Origin: Spirochaetaceae bacterium
Lineage (GTDB): Bacteria; Spirochaetota; Spirochaetia; DSM-27196; SLAA01
Assembly: GCA_007695055.1 (NCBI GenBank)
Contig: REEM01000222.1
Span: 1-61,055, forward strand
Reading direction: 5' to 3'
DNA: 61,055 nucleotides
Positions 34,640-45,043 of the stretch are shown here, piece by piece. Each line of letters opens with the position of its first letter. Position 1 is the first letter of the stretch. The position numbers and the translations under genes are program-made. The notes beneath the pieces are model-generated. The model was not told where the DNA came from, made no database searches, and worked only from the letters and a program-made list of their open reading frames with translations.

Positions 34640-36730
34640 CTACTGCTTGTCAGGCTTCTTCTTTGATGGCGGTTTCGTGCTCGCCTTCCCGTTGCTGGCA
34701 GAGCTTCCCTTGCTGGCCGCCTTTCCGTTGCCGGGCAGGCTCTTCCCGTTACCAGCCGGACTCTTCCCGTTGCCAGCTGCAGCACCGTCCATCTCGCCCG
34801 CCGAGGCCATGGCGTCCGCTGTCTTATTGGTAACCAGCTTGACCGACTTGAGTGCCTTGGTAGAGAGACGAACGCCAGCCGCCCGCACCCCTTTAATGAG
34901 GTAGTCCTCAATCCTGAAGACCTCTTCCAACACGCGCAACTGCGGCTTGGGCTTGTAACTTAACACGACACTCAGATCCTCACGCACCGTGAGCTTGAGA
35001 ATATCAGCGCCTTCAGGAACCAGGTCGTAGGTTTTGGCGAGAATGTACTGCTCAATACGACATCGCTTTAGGTAACTCGACCCGTCTTTGTTCCGGTACA
35101 CCACCGAGAACACAAGCTGCGACAGCTCGTCTTTGTCGGCTGGCCCGCAGTACAGCATTCCCTTGCCCACGAACAGTTTCTCCGGGACATCAATGACGTT
35201 GTAGGTGCCGCCAGCACGGATCACCAGCACCCGGTCATACGGCGAGGCCTCAAAAAGAACCTTGCCGCCGCTGATTCCGTGTCCCAAATAGCCCGTCTCT
35301 TCGTCATAGCGCAAACCCAGGTTTCGCTGAGCCGCCTCCCGCGCGTCAACTTTGTCAAAACGGGTAATCTCAGACTTGCGGGTAAAGGACTCTGCAAAGC
35401 CCTGGCTTAAGGTGTCGAGATAGGCAAGGGTATAGGCTCTCAGGTTTGAAAGATGTTCCTTAATCTCAGCAAGCCTATCCTTAATCTCACGCATCTCGCG
35501 CTTGGCTTTGTTAATGTCGTAAAGCGATATACGCCTGATAGCAATCTTCAACAGTCGCTCGATATCCTCCTCGGTTACCGTGCGCTTAATCTGAGACTGA
35601 AACGGCTTGAGCCCGTCGAACACGGCCTGCGTGACTGCATCGCTGGTCGTCTGTTCTTCAATGTCTTTGTAGATGCGCTCCTCAATGAAGATCTGCTCCA
35701 AGGTTCGCGCATGGAGTCGATCCCGCAATCTACCTTGCTCAATTTCAAGTTCACGTTTGAGGATCTCGGTAAGCCGCCCAGCCTGGTACTGTATGACATC
35801 GGTGACCGTAAGCGAGACCGGAGCTCGGTCACGAATGACGAGCAGGTTCACCGAGATAGCATACTCGCAGTCGGTGAAGGCATAGAGCGCATCCACAACC
35901 TCTTGCGTGTGAACACCACGAGCGAGCTTAATCTCAATCTCTACGTTTTCGGTTGTGAAGTCCGAGATCGAGGCAATTTTGATCTTGTTCTTGCGAGCCG
36001 CCGCCTCAATAGACGCTATGAGGCTCTCGGTCGTTGAACCAAAGGGCAGTTCCCGAATTACGAGTCTTTTGGCATCCGAGGTATCCAGACGGGCCCGCAC
36101 CAATACCTTTCCCTGCCCGTCCTCGTATCCGGAGACATCAAGCAAACCACCACCCGGGAAGTCCGGATACAAGGTGAAGGAATCACCACGAACCGCGGCC
36201 TTCATGGCCTGAATCGTTTCCAGCAGGTTGTGCGGCAGGATCTTGGTGGACATTCCAACCGCAATGCCCTCGGCCCCCAGTAACAACACGTACGGCAGCT
36301 TGGAGGGGAACACCAACGGTTCCCTGTTACGGCCGTCATAAGAGGGCTCAAACTCGGTGAGTTCTGGGTTGTACAAGGTCTCCTTGGCGAAGGGAAGCAC
36401 CCGACACTCAATGTAACGCGCTGCTGAGGCGTCGTCCCCGGTTGCTATATTGCCAAAGTTCCCCTGCTTATCAATAAGCAGCTCTTTGTTTGCCAGTACC
36501 ACCAAGGCAGAGTAGATAGATGCATCACCATGGGGGTGATACTTCATGCAGTGACCGACAACATTGGCTACCTTGTGGAACTTGCCGTCGTCCATGTCAA
36601 ACAGCGAATGCAAAATACGCCGTTGCACCGGCTTGAGACCGTCGCCCAGGTCCGGTATCGCCCGGTCTTTGATGACGTAGGATGCGTACTCAAGAAAGTT
36701 GTGTTCAAAGAGTGAAGTTACATAAGCCAC
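34640..36730 (-). CDS. parC: DNA topoisomerase IV subunit A (spirochaete-type), with low-complexity basic tail
   Basis: YASYVIKDRAIPDLGDGLKPVQRRIL, YHPHGDASIY, SAARYIE (catalytic Tyr); lacks a recognisable full GyrA-box CTD. Confidence 0.92.
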   Translation of the reverse strand: MAYVTSLFEHNFLEYASYVIKDRAIPDLGDGLKPVQRRILHSLFDMDDGKFHKVANVVGHCMKYHPHGDASIYSALVVLANKELLIDKQGNFGNIATGDDASAARYIECRVLPFAKETLYNPELTEFEPSYDGRNREPLVFPSKLPYVLLLGAEGIAVGMSTKILPHNLLETIQAMKAAVRGDSFTLYPDFPGGGLLDVSGYEDGQGKVLVRARLDTSDAKRLVIRELPFGSTTESLIASIEAAARKNKIKIASISDFTTENVEIEIKLARGVHTQEVVDALYAFTDCEYAISVNLLVIRDRAPVSLTVTDVIQYQAGRLTEILKRELEIEQGRLRDRLHARTLEQIFIEERIYKDIEEQTTSDAVTQAVFDGLKPFQSQIKRTVTEEDIERLLKIAIRRISLYDINKAKREMREIKDRLAEIKEHLSNLRAYTLAYLDTLSQGFAESFTRKSEITRFDKVDAREAAQRNLGLRYDEETGYLGHGISGGKVLFEASPYDRVLVIRAGGTYNVIDVPEKLFVGKGMLYCGPADKDELSQLVFSVVYRNKDGSSYLKRCRIEQYILAKTYDLVPEGADILKLTVREDLSVVLSYKPKPQLRVLEEVFRIEDYLIKGVRAAGVRLSTKALKSVKLVTNKTADAMASAGEMDGAAAGNGKSPAGNGKSLPGNGKAASKGSSASNGKASTKPPSKKKPDKQ
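34686..34775 (-). repeat. 21-bp-period repeats encoding (A/P)GNGK(S/A) in the ParC tail
   Basis: Plus-strand units tt(c/t)ccgtt(g/a)cc at 34722, 34743 and 34764, plus a related unit at 34686. Confidence 0.75.
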
Positions 36731-36754
36731 GAATTCTATCTCCGTTAGCGGCCC

Positions 36755-38599
36755 TTAGATCAAGTTGTCCATGATAAAGTTGCGCCGGTCGGGGGTGTTC
36801 TTTCCCATGAAAAAGGTCAGTGTGTCGTGAATGCCCTTGAGCGCCTTTATGCTCACCCGGACCAGTCTGATATCGTCCCCAATGAACTGACCAAACTCTT
36901 TTGGTGATATCTCTCCCAGCCCCTTAAAGCGCGTGATCTCAGGATTCGATATCTGTTCCAACGCCTCATCGCGCTCCTTAGGAGAATAACAGTAACGTGT
37001 CACCTGCTTGTTCCGAACCCGAAACAAAGGCGTTTCCAGAATGTAGACCCGGTTTGCCACTACCAGATCCTCAAAGTAGTTCAGGAAAAAGGTCAAGAGC
37101 AGGTTCCGAATATGGAACCCGTCGTGATCGGCATCGGTTGCAATAACAATGCGACCGTAGCGCAGACCTTCTACATCGTCCTCAATTCCAAGCGCCATCA
37201 TCATGTTGTAGAGCTCTTCGTTCTTGTAGATCTCGGCCCTTTTCTTGCCGTACACGTTCTGAGGCTTGCCGCGCAATGAGAAAATTGCTTGCGTATAGAC
37301 GTCGCGCGCTGAGACCATGGAACCGGAAGCAGACTGGCCCTCGGTAATGAAAATAGTGCTGTTCTCACCCTTAGGCCCGTCATCCAAATGGAATTTACAG
37401 TCACGCAGATTAGGGATCTTCAGAGCAATTTTCTTGGCAGCCTCGCGTGCCTCTTTGCGCACAGCCGTCAGTTCTTTGCGCAGCCTCTCGTTGTGCGCAA
37501 TTTTTGTTGACAGGCGCGTTGCCGCGGTTTTGTTCTTGTGCAGAAAATCTACAATAGCGGTACGCACCTCGTTCACAATTGGCGTCCGCACCTCAGTATT
37601 GCCAAGCTTATTCTTGGTCTGGCTTTCAAAAATCGGATTCTGCAGTTTCACCGCAATTGCACCAGCTATACCTTCCCGCACATCAAGCCCGGAGTAGTTC
37701 TTCTGGAAGAACTCATTCACGCCCTTGAGGATACCTTCACGAAAGGCACTCTGATGAGTGCCCCCGTCACTGGTGAACTGCCCGTTCACAAATGAGAAGT
37801 AGGTCTCACCGTAGTTCTCGGTGTGCGTAAATGAGAACTCAAGGTGCTTGCCTTTGTAGTGCGCTATGTCGTACATCCGGTCGGTACCGATCTCAGCCTC
37901 GAGCAAATCATACAGACCACGCTCAGACTTATAGATGGATCCGTCAAACTTTATGGTTAGCCCGGCATTGAGGTATGCATAGTTCCACAGCCGTTGCTCA
38001 ATGAACTCACGGTTAAACTCAAACTCTCCAAAAATTTCCGGGTCGGGCCAGAATTCGACATAGGTTCCATTCTTGTGTTTTGAGGAAGCACCCTGCTTCT
38101 GCGAGACGAGGTTGCCCCGCTGAAATATAGCCTCACTAAACTTGCCGTCACGAAACGCCACAACCCGGAAATGCTCTGAAAGGGCGTTAACGGCTTTGGT
38201 CCCCACCCCATTGAGCCCAACGCTGAACTGAAAGACCTCGTCGTTATACTTAGCTCCGGTATTAATGACCGACACACACTCTACCACCTTGCCTAGAGGG
38301 ATACCCCGTCCATAGTCACGCACCGTAACTAGGTTATCCTTAAACTTAACCTCGACGCTCGAGCCATGGCCCATGATGAACTCGTCGATACTGTTATCAA
38401 GCACTTCTTTCAGCAGGATGTAGATTCCATCGTCAAGATTGCTACCGTCACCCAGTCGCCCAATGTACATACCGGTACGCAGCCGGATGTGCTCCAGTGA
38501 ACTGAGTGTCTTGATCTTGCTTTCGTCGTATTCATTGCCACCTGCAGCAGCGCCTGAGCGCTTAGCGCGAGGGGTCGGTTTTGTTGGTGTTTTCGCCAT
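36755..38599 (-). CDS. parE: DNA topoisomerase IV subunit B
   Basis: EHIRLRTGMYIG, EVLDNSIDE, DYGRGIP, GLNGVGTKAVNALS, ITEGQSA, LRGKPQN, ATDADHDG, RFKGLGEI. Start ATG 38599 or 38608. Confidence 0.93.
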   Translation of the reverse strand: MAKTPTKPTPRAKRSGAAAGGNEYDESKIKTLSSLEHIRLRTGMYIGRLGDGSNLDDGIYILLKEVLDNSIDEFIMGHGSSVEVKFKDNLVTVRDYGRGIPLGKVVECVSVINTGAKYNDEVFQFSVGLNGVGTKAVNALSEHFRVVAFRDGKFSEAIFQRGNLVSQKQGASSKHKNGTYVEFWPDPEIFGEFEFNREFIEQRLWNYAYLNAGLTIKFDGSIYKSERGLYDLLEAEIGTDRMYDIAHYKGKHLEFSFTHTENYGETYFSFVNGQFTSDGGTHQSAFREGILKGVNEFFQKNYSGLDVREGIAGAIAVKLQNPIFESQTKNKLGNTEVRTPIVNEVRTAIVDFLHKNKTAATRLSTKIAHNERLRKELTAVRKEAREAAKKIALKIPNLRDCKFHLDDGPKGENSTIFITEGQSASGSMVSARDVYTQAIFSLRGKPQNVYGKKRAEIYKNEELYNMMMALGIEDDVEGLRYGRIVIATDADHDGFHIRNLLLTFFLNYFEDLVVANRVYILETPLFRVRNKQVTRYCYSPKERDEALEQISNPEITRFKGLGEISPKEFGQFIGDDIRLVRVSIKALKGIHDTLTFFMGKNTPDRRNFIMDNLI

Positions 38600-38660
38600 A
38601 GGTGTCATGTACTATATATCGAAGTATTCCACAGAAAGTAAAGGGGCATAATACAAGGAA

Positions 38661-38684
38661 GGTGCCAGCCTTTCAGCTGGCACC
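38661..38684 (-). terminator. Probable intrinsic terminator after clpC
   Basis: Perfect 9-bp stem GGTGCCAGC/GCTGGCACC with a 6-nt loop, 5 nt past the clpC stop, followed on the minus strand by TTCCTTGTATT. Confidence 0.7.
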
Positions 38685-38689
38685 GTATA

Positions 38690-41224
38690 CTAGTTGGTTG
38701 GAACCGGCAGCTCTTCCTGCTTAGGCTTGCTCGCCTTCCCTTGAAAGTGAATCTTGCCCTTGCGCATAGTCACCACAATGTTGTTGCCTTCATCAAAGCG
38801 CCCACGCAGAAGCTCGGTGGAAAGCGGGTCTTCAATCTCACGTTGAATTACGCGTCGCAGTGGCCGTGCACCATACTTCACGTCATAACCGGTCTCTATC
38901 AGGTAGTCCTTGACCGACTTCTTGACCTCAAGCGTTATGTCTTTGTCAGCAAGTCGTTTCTGAACATCGCCAAGGAGAATCTCAAGAATGCTGGCGATCT
39001 GGGCCATTGCAAGACTATGGAACACCACGATCTCGTCAATTCTGTTGATAAACTCGGGACGGAACATGCGCTTAAGCTCATTCATAGCCGAGCTCTTGAT
39101 CTCGTTATACTCAAGCAACTCACGTCCGGTCTGAAAACCTACCATGGACTCGCGTGATATCTCCCGAGCCCCAGCGTTTGAGGTCATGATTAGAATGGTG
39201 TTGCGAAAGCTCACCGTATGACCAAGGTTGTCCTGCAACTCACCTTCCTCCAACACCTGAAGCAGGATATTGAACACATCTGGGTGCGCTTTCTCGATTT
39301 CGTCTAGCAGAATAACGCTGTAGGGCTTGCGCCGAATCTTCTCAGTAAGTAAGCCACCTTCGTCGTAGCCGACATATCCTGGAGGCGCACCTACCAGCCG
39401 GGATACATTGTGCTTCTCCATAAAATCCGACATGTCAAGGCGCACGAGGTTCTGAGGGCTTCCAAACATGAACTCAGCCAAGGTCTTAGCCAGCAGCGTT
39501 TTTCCAACACCGGTGGGCCCGAGAAAGATGAAGGAACCAAGCGGCCGTTCCGGTGCACTGAGACCGGTACGTGATCTGCGAATAGCCGAGGCGACCGCCG
39601 CAATTGCCTCATCTTGGCTAATGACGGTTCGGTGTAGTTCATCTTCAATCTGTAGTAGCTTATCACTTTCGCTCTGTGCCAAACGAGCCAGCGGGATTCC
39701 GGTTATGTCGGACAGCACATACTGTATATCCTCACCGTCAACAACATTTTGTTCGGTCTTGAGCGTCACTTTCCACTGACTCTTGACCTCTTCCATCTTC
39801 TCCTTCAGCTGATTTACTTCGTCACGGATTGCCGCGGCGCGTTCGTAGTTTTGGGAGTTGACTAAGGCTAACTTTTCGGCGTTAAGCTTCTCTATCTGGG
39901 ATTCAATATCTGCCAACTCAGTAGGGCGCACACTGTTATTAATGCGCTTACGTGCACCCGCTTCATCAAGCAAGTCTATGGCCTTGTCCGGCAAAAAGCG
40001 GTCAGCAACATAACGCCGGGACAGCATAGCTGAAAGTTCAAGTGCTCCCGGGGTGTAGGACACATTATGAAAATCCTCGTAGCGTGTTTTAATTCCACGC
40101 AGGATCTCCAGGGTTTCCTCCACTGATGGTTCCTCTACATGAATACTCTGGAAGCGACGCTCAAGCGCGGCATCTTTTTCCACGTATTTCTTGTACTCAT
40201 TGAGAGTTGTGGCACCTATGCACTGCATCTCGCCCCGTGAAAGAGCTGGCTTGAGCATGTTTGAGGCATCAACCGCGCCTTCTGCTCCACCAGCGCCAAT
40301 AATTGTATGGAGTTCATCAATGAAGATAATTACGTTACCAGCGGCAACAATTTCCTTCATTACTCGCTTGAGTCGTTCTTCAAACTCACCGCGGTACTTG
40401 GTACCGGCAATAAGGGAGGCCAAGTCGAGCGTCATGACTCGTTTGCCAAGCAACACATCTGGAGCGGTGTTGTCTACAATACTCTGTGCAAGCCCCTCCA
40501 CAATGGCGGTCTTACCCACTCCTGGTTCACCAATCAGCACCGGATTATTCTTGGTGCGGCGCGCGAGGATTTGTATTACACGTGCGATCTCGCGGTCACG
40601 ACCCACAACCGGATCAAGCTTCCCATCACGAGCATACTGAGTGAGATCACGCGAGAACTCGTCGAGGGTTGGGGTTGTTTTCTTCTGTTGTTGACCCTGC
40701 CCTGGCTTTCGTTGTTTAGCTCCGGTGGGGGGCGCACCTGCCGTCTGTGCTTGCGCATGCGGTTCTGAACCTTGAGAGCCTGAGGTGCTTCCCGAGAGCT
40801 CGGCAATGACGTCTCGTAACATTTCAATGGTTATGTCTAACTTGCCAATATACTTAGCCGTCTCACCATCGCTTTCTCTTCCACACGCAAGAAGCAGGTG
40901 TTCTGTTCCAATGTACTCATGGCCAAGGTTTCGCGCTTCTTCTGCCGAGTCCTCAAGTACCTTTCGACCTCGCGGTGACGGCGGAACGTCGCCCAAAATG
41001 AAACCACCACGCTTACGCGGAATTGAGTTCTCAATCTCAAGAATCATCTTCTGTGGATCTATGCTCACCTTTTCAAGTGCTTTAAATCCCAGCCCGCCGC
41101 CCTCTTTGAGGAGCGCCAGTATGATATGTTCAGGCAGAAGCTGGTCCGAATGGAACCGCTTGGCCTCATCTTGCGCGAGGATTGTCAGAACCTTTTGTGC
41201 CCGTTGCGTTAAACCTTTAAACAT
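38690..41224 (-). CDS. clpC: ATP-dependent Clp protease ATPase subunit ClpC
   Basis: Double Clp-N domain (PEHIIL / GTEHLLL), [29 protein letters not shown] coiled coil ([11 protein letters not shown]), [32 protein letters not shown]. Confidence 0.96.
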   Translation of the reverse strand: MFKGLTQRAQKVLTILAQDEAKRFHSDQLLPEHIILALLKEGGGLGFKALEKVSIDPQKMILEIENSIPRKRGGFILGDVPPSPRGRKVLEDSAEEARNLGHEYIGTEHLLLACGRESDGETAKYIGKLDITIEMLRDVIAELSGSTSGSQGSEPHAQAQTAGAPPTGAKQRKPGQGQQQKKTTPTLDEFSRDLTQYARDGKLDPVVGRDREIARVIQILARRTKNNPVLIGEPGVGKTAIVEGLAQSIVDNTAPDVLLGKRVMTLDLASLIAGTKYRGEFEERLKRVMKEIVAAGNVIIFIDELHTIIGAGGAEGAVDASNMLKPALSRGEMQCIGATTLNEYKKYVEKDAALERRFQSIHVEEPSVEETLEILRGIKTRYEDFHNVSYTPGALELSAMLSRRYVADRFLPDKAIDLLDEAGARKRINNSVRPTELADIESQIEKLNAEKLALVNSQNYERAAAIRDEVNQLKEKMEEVKSQWKVTLKTEQNVVDGEDIQYVLSDITGIPLARLAQSESDKLLQIEDELHRTVISQDEAIAAVASAIRRSRTGLSAPERPLGSFIFLGPTGVGKTLLAKTLAEFMFGSPQNLVRLDMSDFMEKHNVSRLVGAPPGYVGYDEGGLLTEKIRRKPYSVILLDEIEKAHPDVFNILLQVLEEGELQDNLGHTVSFRNTILIMTSNAGAREISRESMVGFQTGRELLEYNEIKSSAMNELKRMFRPEFINRIDEIVVFHSLAMAQIASILEILLGDVQKRLADKDITLEVKKSVKDYLIETGYDVKYGARPLRRVIQREIEDPLSTELLRGRFDEGNNIVVTMRKGKIHFQGKASKPKQEELPVPTN

Positions 41225-41246
41225 TGATCAATCCTCCTCGGCAAAG

Positions 41247-42302
41247 TCAAACTCGGTCTAGCGTTTCTCTGACCAGTTTAGCCCGCCGCTTGTTTACCTC
41301 TTCATCATCTATGTCCGATGTATCGGCTTCGGAAATCAACCTTATTACATGCGACCTCTGTCCAATAAAGAACAACTTAGTCACATCCTTAAGCGAAATC
41401 CGTGACGACAGACCGGCGGCTACCCCAAACCGTATCAAGGAGAGCAGCTCAAAGAGCTCTTCATCGGAAAGCTCCTTGACACCGGATAGCCGTGCAAGAG
41501 CCGCCTTCACGGCTTTATTAACCTCCTCGGAGCGTTCCCCAAGCAGGCGTTCTCTTGCTTTCCTTTCATAATGTACCAACATGACTAGGCAATCTTCAAG
41601 TCGATCAATCAATGATCGTTCGGAAAGTCCCAAAGTTACCCTGTTTGACAACAAAAACATCGCCGCACGTGATCTTCCGTCGGCATCGGGGAACCGTTTG
41701 AGGCCAACCTCGGCCGGAAAGTTCGCTTCCACCACCTCTGCTAGCTCTCCCAACTCGGTGAGTGCCGGAAGATGCAACATAGCCGAAACCCGCATGGCGG
41801 TGCCGCTATTTGCTATTTCGCTACTGAGGTAGCCCCAACGAAGCGAAACCGCGTAACCAAGCTGGTCTTCGAGCTCCCCGTCCAAGCGATCAGCCGCTTC
41901 ATAGGCCGCCTCAAGACAATTCCCGGACTGGAATGAGACAATTCTGACATGATCTTGTTCGTTCAGCACAAGAGCCAAACCTTCGTCACTGCTTATGTAG
42001 ACCGAGGAGTCTGGGAAAGCGGCTGCCGGACTCGACAGCAGGTTCCGCTCAACAAATACACGCCTTTCAAGGGCTGCGACTCCACCGAGACTCGGTGCTC
42101 GAAAAACTGTTGGTGATGCCTCAACAGCCCGCTCGACCTTGCGCCGCACCTCGGCCGACTCTTCCGGTGTCAAGGAGGCCGGAAAAGGGTATCCGTCAAT
42201 ATTTCGTGACAATCGCACGCGCGATGACACCACGACATCCTCATCCGGGCCAGAACCGCTGAACCAACTGTCTACTTGGGGTTCACCGCTTGGAATAATC
42301 AC
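41247..42302 (-). CDS. mcsB: McsB-like ATP:guanido phosphotransferase homologue with altered active site
   Basis: VVVSSRVRLSRN, FP, NEQDHVRI, MRVSAMLHLPAL, SNRVTLGLSE, C-terminal RRAKLVRE; located between mcsA and clpC. Confidence 0.85.
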   Translation of the reverse strand: MIIPSGEPQVDSWFSGSGPDEDVVVSSRVRLSRNIDGYPFPASLTPEESAEVRRKVERAVEASPTVFRAPSLGGVAALERRVFVERNLLSSPAAAFPDSSVYISSDEGLALVLNEQDHVRIVSFQSGNCLEAAYEAADRLDGELEDQLGYAVSLRWGYLSSEIANSGTAMRVSAMLHLPALTELGELAEVVEANFPAEVGLKRFPDADGRSRAAMFLLSNRVTLGLSERSLIDRLEDCLVMLVHYERKARERLLGERSEEVNKAVKAALARLSGVKELSDEELFELLSLIRFGVAAGLSSRISLKDVTKLFFIGQRSHVIRLISEADTSDIDDEEVNKRRAKLVRETLDRV

Positions 42303-42823
42303 TCCGGTGGCTCCACGGAAGGCTCCTTCATTGAACCAACCTCATCAAATCGTCTGAGTCGATCGCGGAGAAAGGCCGCTTCTTCATAGTCCTCGTCCGC
42401 AAGCGCTGCATCAAGTTCTCCTTGTATTCGAGGTTTGTCAAAGAATATTGACTTATATGGAGCAAGACGTCGAGGTATACGCCCTTGGTGTGCAGGCTCG
42501 GGGACGGAACGCGACAAAGCGCCAGCAATTTGACGTTCAAAAACTTCGTAACACTCGGGACAGCCAGCACGTCCGGTACGCCGCAGGTCGTCGTAGCTTC
42601 TCATGCATCCGGGACAGATCAAACGGGTCTCGGTGTCATCTCCGACTGCCGTTCCGCGCAACAGGACCGAGTACAACTCCCCGGGGGTATAGGCAGCATC
42701 ACGGCGCGAGATTCCAAGTTCGGCGGCACAACTCTTGCACAGATGTATTTCCTGGGCTTCCGATCCGGCGCTCAGGTGAACCTTCACATCAGCACGAGCT
42801 GCACCACAACTACGACATTTCAT
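42299..42823 (-). CDS. mcsA: McsA-like protein (CXXC motifs + UVR domain)
   Basis: Start re-called at ATG 42823. CRSC, CKSC, CPGC, GCPECY, HQGRIP, ALADEDYEEAAFLRDRL. Confidence 0.88.
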   Translation of the reverse strand: MKCRSCGAARADVKVHLSAGSEAQEIHLCKSCAAELGISRRDAAYTPGELYSVLLRGTAVGDDTETRLICPGCMRSYDDLRRTGRAGCPECYEVFERQIAGALSRSVPEPAHQGRIPRRLAPYKSIFFDKPRIQGELDAALADEDYEEAAFLRDRLRRFDEVGSMKEPSVEPPE

Positions 42824-42884
42824 GAACTCCTCCGTAGAGACAGTGTAGCGGATCTTGCAAAAGAATTCATTCGTTCGACAGCAT

Positions 42885-44264
42885 CTAATGGCGCCGAATG
42901 ACCTCAATGGGACGAATAGCACCGGCACGGCGCGCCGGAAAGTACGACGCAAGCGTGGAGAGGAGAATCGTTAGCACCGCAGCCAGAATCAGTTCGGCTG
43001 GCTGCAGAACTATGGGAATTTCCTCAAGATAGAACTCGGCAGTCAGGAGTTCTACTGAACCAAAGCTCCGCCCGACAAATGGCGCAGCTAAAAAGCCAGT
43101 TGCGTACAAGACTCCGTTGACCGCCTGTTCAATAAGGCGAAGCACCGTGTTGATGTTGACCGCGGCCAGAATTCCAATTGCCATTCCGAGTATCGCTCCG
43201 AATACTCCGGAAACAAATCCCGCAAACAAAAATATCAATATGATCCCACGTGGTGATGCGCCGGTGCTTTTTAGGATTGCAATCTCATGTTCTTTTTCCA
43301 GCACCATTAACACAAGTGCCGACGAAACATTCACCGCCGCTACACAGACAATGAGAAACATAATAAAAATCAAAAGGTTCTTGGTCGTCTGAAAAGAGAT
43401 GTAGCGCGACTGCTCAAGCTGGTACCAACTGAATACCCGCACACCGGCACCTAAACGGCTTCTGATCTCACTCAGGGCGGTGCTGCTTGCGCTTTCTGTT
43501 TCGAACCCCATCAACGAGGAGACCCCATGGAAGACCGCGTTTGGGCTATACAGGGGATTCTGTATTGCAAAGGGCTCCTCAACTTTCACACCTAAGATCT
43601 GGTTTGCTACCCCCTCGGACAGGAGTGCGAGTCCACGTTCAAAGGGAATAAAGACCCACAACCGATCAAGCTCTTGATACCCTGTTGCAACAATTCCTTT
43701 TACAACGAAGCTTGCCGGGCGAGGCAGAAAGCCGCCCGAGGGACTCGGCCGAACGGTTACAATGCGGACATTATCCCCTACCGACAAGTCAAAGCGCGAA
43801 GCCAGGTCAACCCCAATGACAATAGAGTTCGCCTCTTGAAGATCAAAGGCTCCCTCACGCACCTCGACGTACTCGGCAAATCCAAGGTCTTCACTATACA
43901 ACTCTGGTGAAACCGCGCGCACCGTAACTCCGGAGCGCCCTGCAGGAGTCTGTAGTAAGCCCAAGCCCTGCCGCTCCACCGAAATAGTCGTCACCCCCGG
44001 AACATCCAAGGCCACACGCCGCAGCTCATGAATCTCGGCGCTGCTCAAGCGTGAGGACAAAAGCACCTGCCCGTGGTATGTGCCGGTCTCAATAAACCGC
44101 GCGGTTATGCCTGCAATCATGCCGTCGGCAACCTGAAGCACCACAACCAGCGGCACTAAACTCAGCGCCACAATCAGGACGGCAGACCGAATCCGGGCAC
44201 CCTTGCCAAGACCAACGCCAAAGAGATAGCGCATTGCAATAAGCAGAGAAGCAGCAACTCTCAT
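42885..44264 (-). CDS. lolE: LolE/LolC-type ABC permease (FtsX family)
   Basis: N-terminal TM, large periplasmic loop, LIVCVAAVNVSSAL..VLEKEHEIAILKSTGASP, SYFPARRAG. Confidence 0.82.
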   Translation of the reverse strand: MRVAASLLIAMRYLFGVGLGKGARIRSAVLIVALSLVPLVVVLQVADGMIAGITARFIETGTYHGQVLLSSRLSSAEIHELRRVALDVPGVTTISVERQGLGLLQTPAGRSGVTVRAVSPELYSEDLGFAEYVEVREGAFDLQEANSIVIGVDLASRFDLSVGDNVRIVTVRPSPSGGFLPRPASFVVKGIVATGYQELDRLWVFIPFERGLALLSEGVANQILGVKVEEPFAIQNPLYSPNAVFHGVSSLMGFETESASSTALSEIRSRLGAGVRVFSWYQLEQSRYISFQTTKNLLIFIMFLIVCVAAVNVSSALVLMVLEKEHEIAILKSTGASPRGIILIFLFAGFVSGVFGAILGMAIGILAAVNINTVLRLIEQAVNGVLYATGFLAAPFVGRSFGSVELLTAEFYLEEIPIVLQPAELILAAVLTILLSTLASYFPARRAGAIRPIEVIRRH

Positions 44265-44977
44265 GCGGTGTACAAACTACCTTGCTCAAGATGGAATCGC
44301 CGGTCACCCGACGCTGCTATACCTGCATCATGAGTAACCATGATCAGGGTCTTTCCGAATTTTCGCACCAGTTCAAAAAGGGTGTCTTGCACTGCACGAC
44401 TGTTACGCTCATCTAGATTGCCGGTAGGTTCATCTGCAAGTACGATGTCGGGGTCATTCATGAGGGCGCGAGCCAAAGCAATGCGTTGGCGTTCACCACC
44501 CGAGAGCTGGGTTGGATAGTGTTCGGCGCGCGCGCTCAATCCAACCTGATCCAACAGATGTGATGCTCGTTCGCGTGCTGCAGCACGCGTGAGGCCCGCC
44601 ATATAACCCGGCAAGAGAATATTCTCTAGTGCGTTGAAGTCCTTAAGAAGATAATGGAACTGAAAAACCAGCCCAACCACCCGCCGTCGATACTCGGTGA
44701 GCCCTTCCTCGTCGAGGGCTTGCACCTCATAGCCTGCAACATCAACCGAGCCTGAACTTGGTGTCTCAAGACCCCCAATGATGTTCAGCAACGTAGTTTT
44801 TCCGCAGCCACTTTCGCCTGTTATAACGGTCACGAGTTTCTCGGGCAGTTTGAGATCTATGGAGTTAAGAATGACCAGTTCTTCACTACCCGAGAGAAAG
44901 CGCTTAGCTACGCCCTTGAGTTCAACCAGACTCTCGTTTCGCTTGGTTGATTCTTGTTCCTGTGAGTTCTGAGCCAT
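44261..44977 (-). CDS. lolD: Lipoprotein-releasing ABC ATPase LolD
   Basis: GESGCGKTTLLNIIGGL, VFQFHYLLKDFNALEN, LSGGERQRIALARAL, LADEPTGNLD, VTHD. Confidence 0.88.
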   Translation of the reverse strand: MAQNSQEQESTKRNESLVELKGVAKRFLSGSEELVILNSIDLKLPEKLVTVITGESGCGKTTLLNIIGGLETPSSGSVDVAGYEVQALDEEGLTEYRRRVVGLVFQFHYLLKDFNALENILLPGYMAGLTRAAARERASHLLDQVGLSARAEHYPTQLSGGERQRIALARALMNDPDIVLADEPTGNLDERNSRAVQDTLFELVRKFGKTLIMVTHDAGIAASGDRRFHLEQGSLYTA

Positions 44978-45043
44978 GCCTAACAAACCGTCCTTACACT
45001 ACTCTGGTACCCGCGGCCTGCTGTGGTGCCGCACATCTGTCTG

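Noticed and set aside
35453-36037. 194-aa antisense ORF inside parC (and similar 150-200 aa antisense ORFs in osmF, metY, cysK, prfB, rnfD)
   Set aside because: No motifs or RBS; expected shadows of codon-biased genes.
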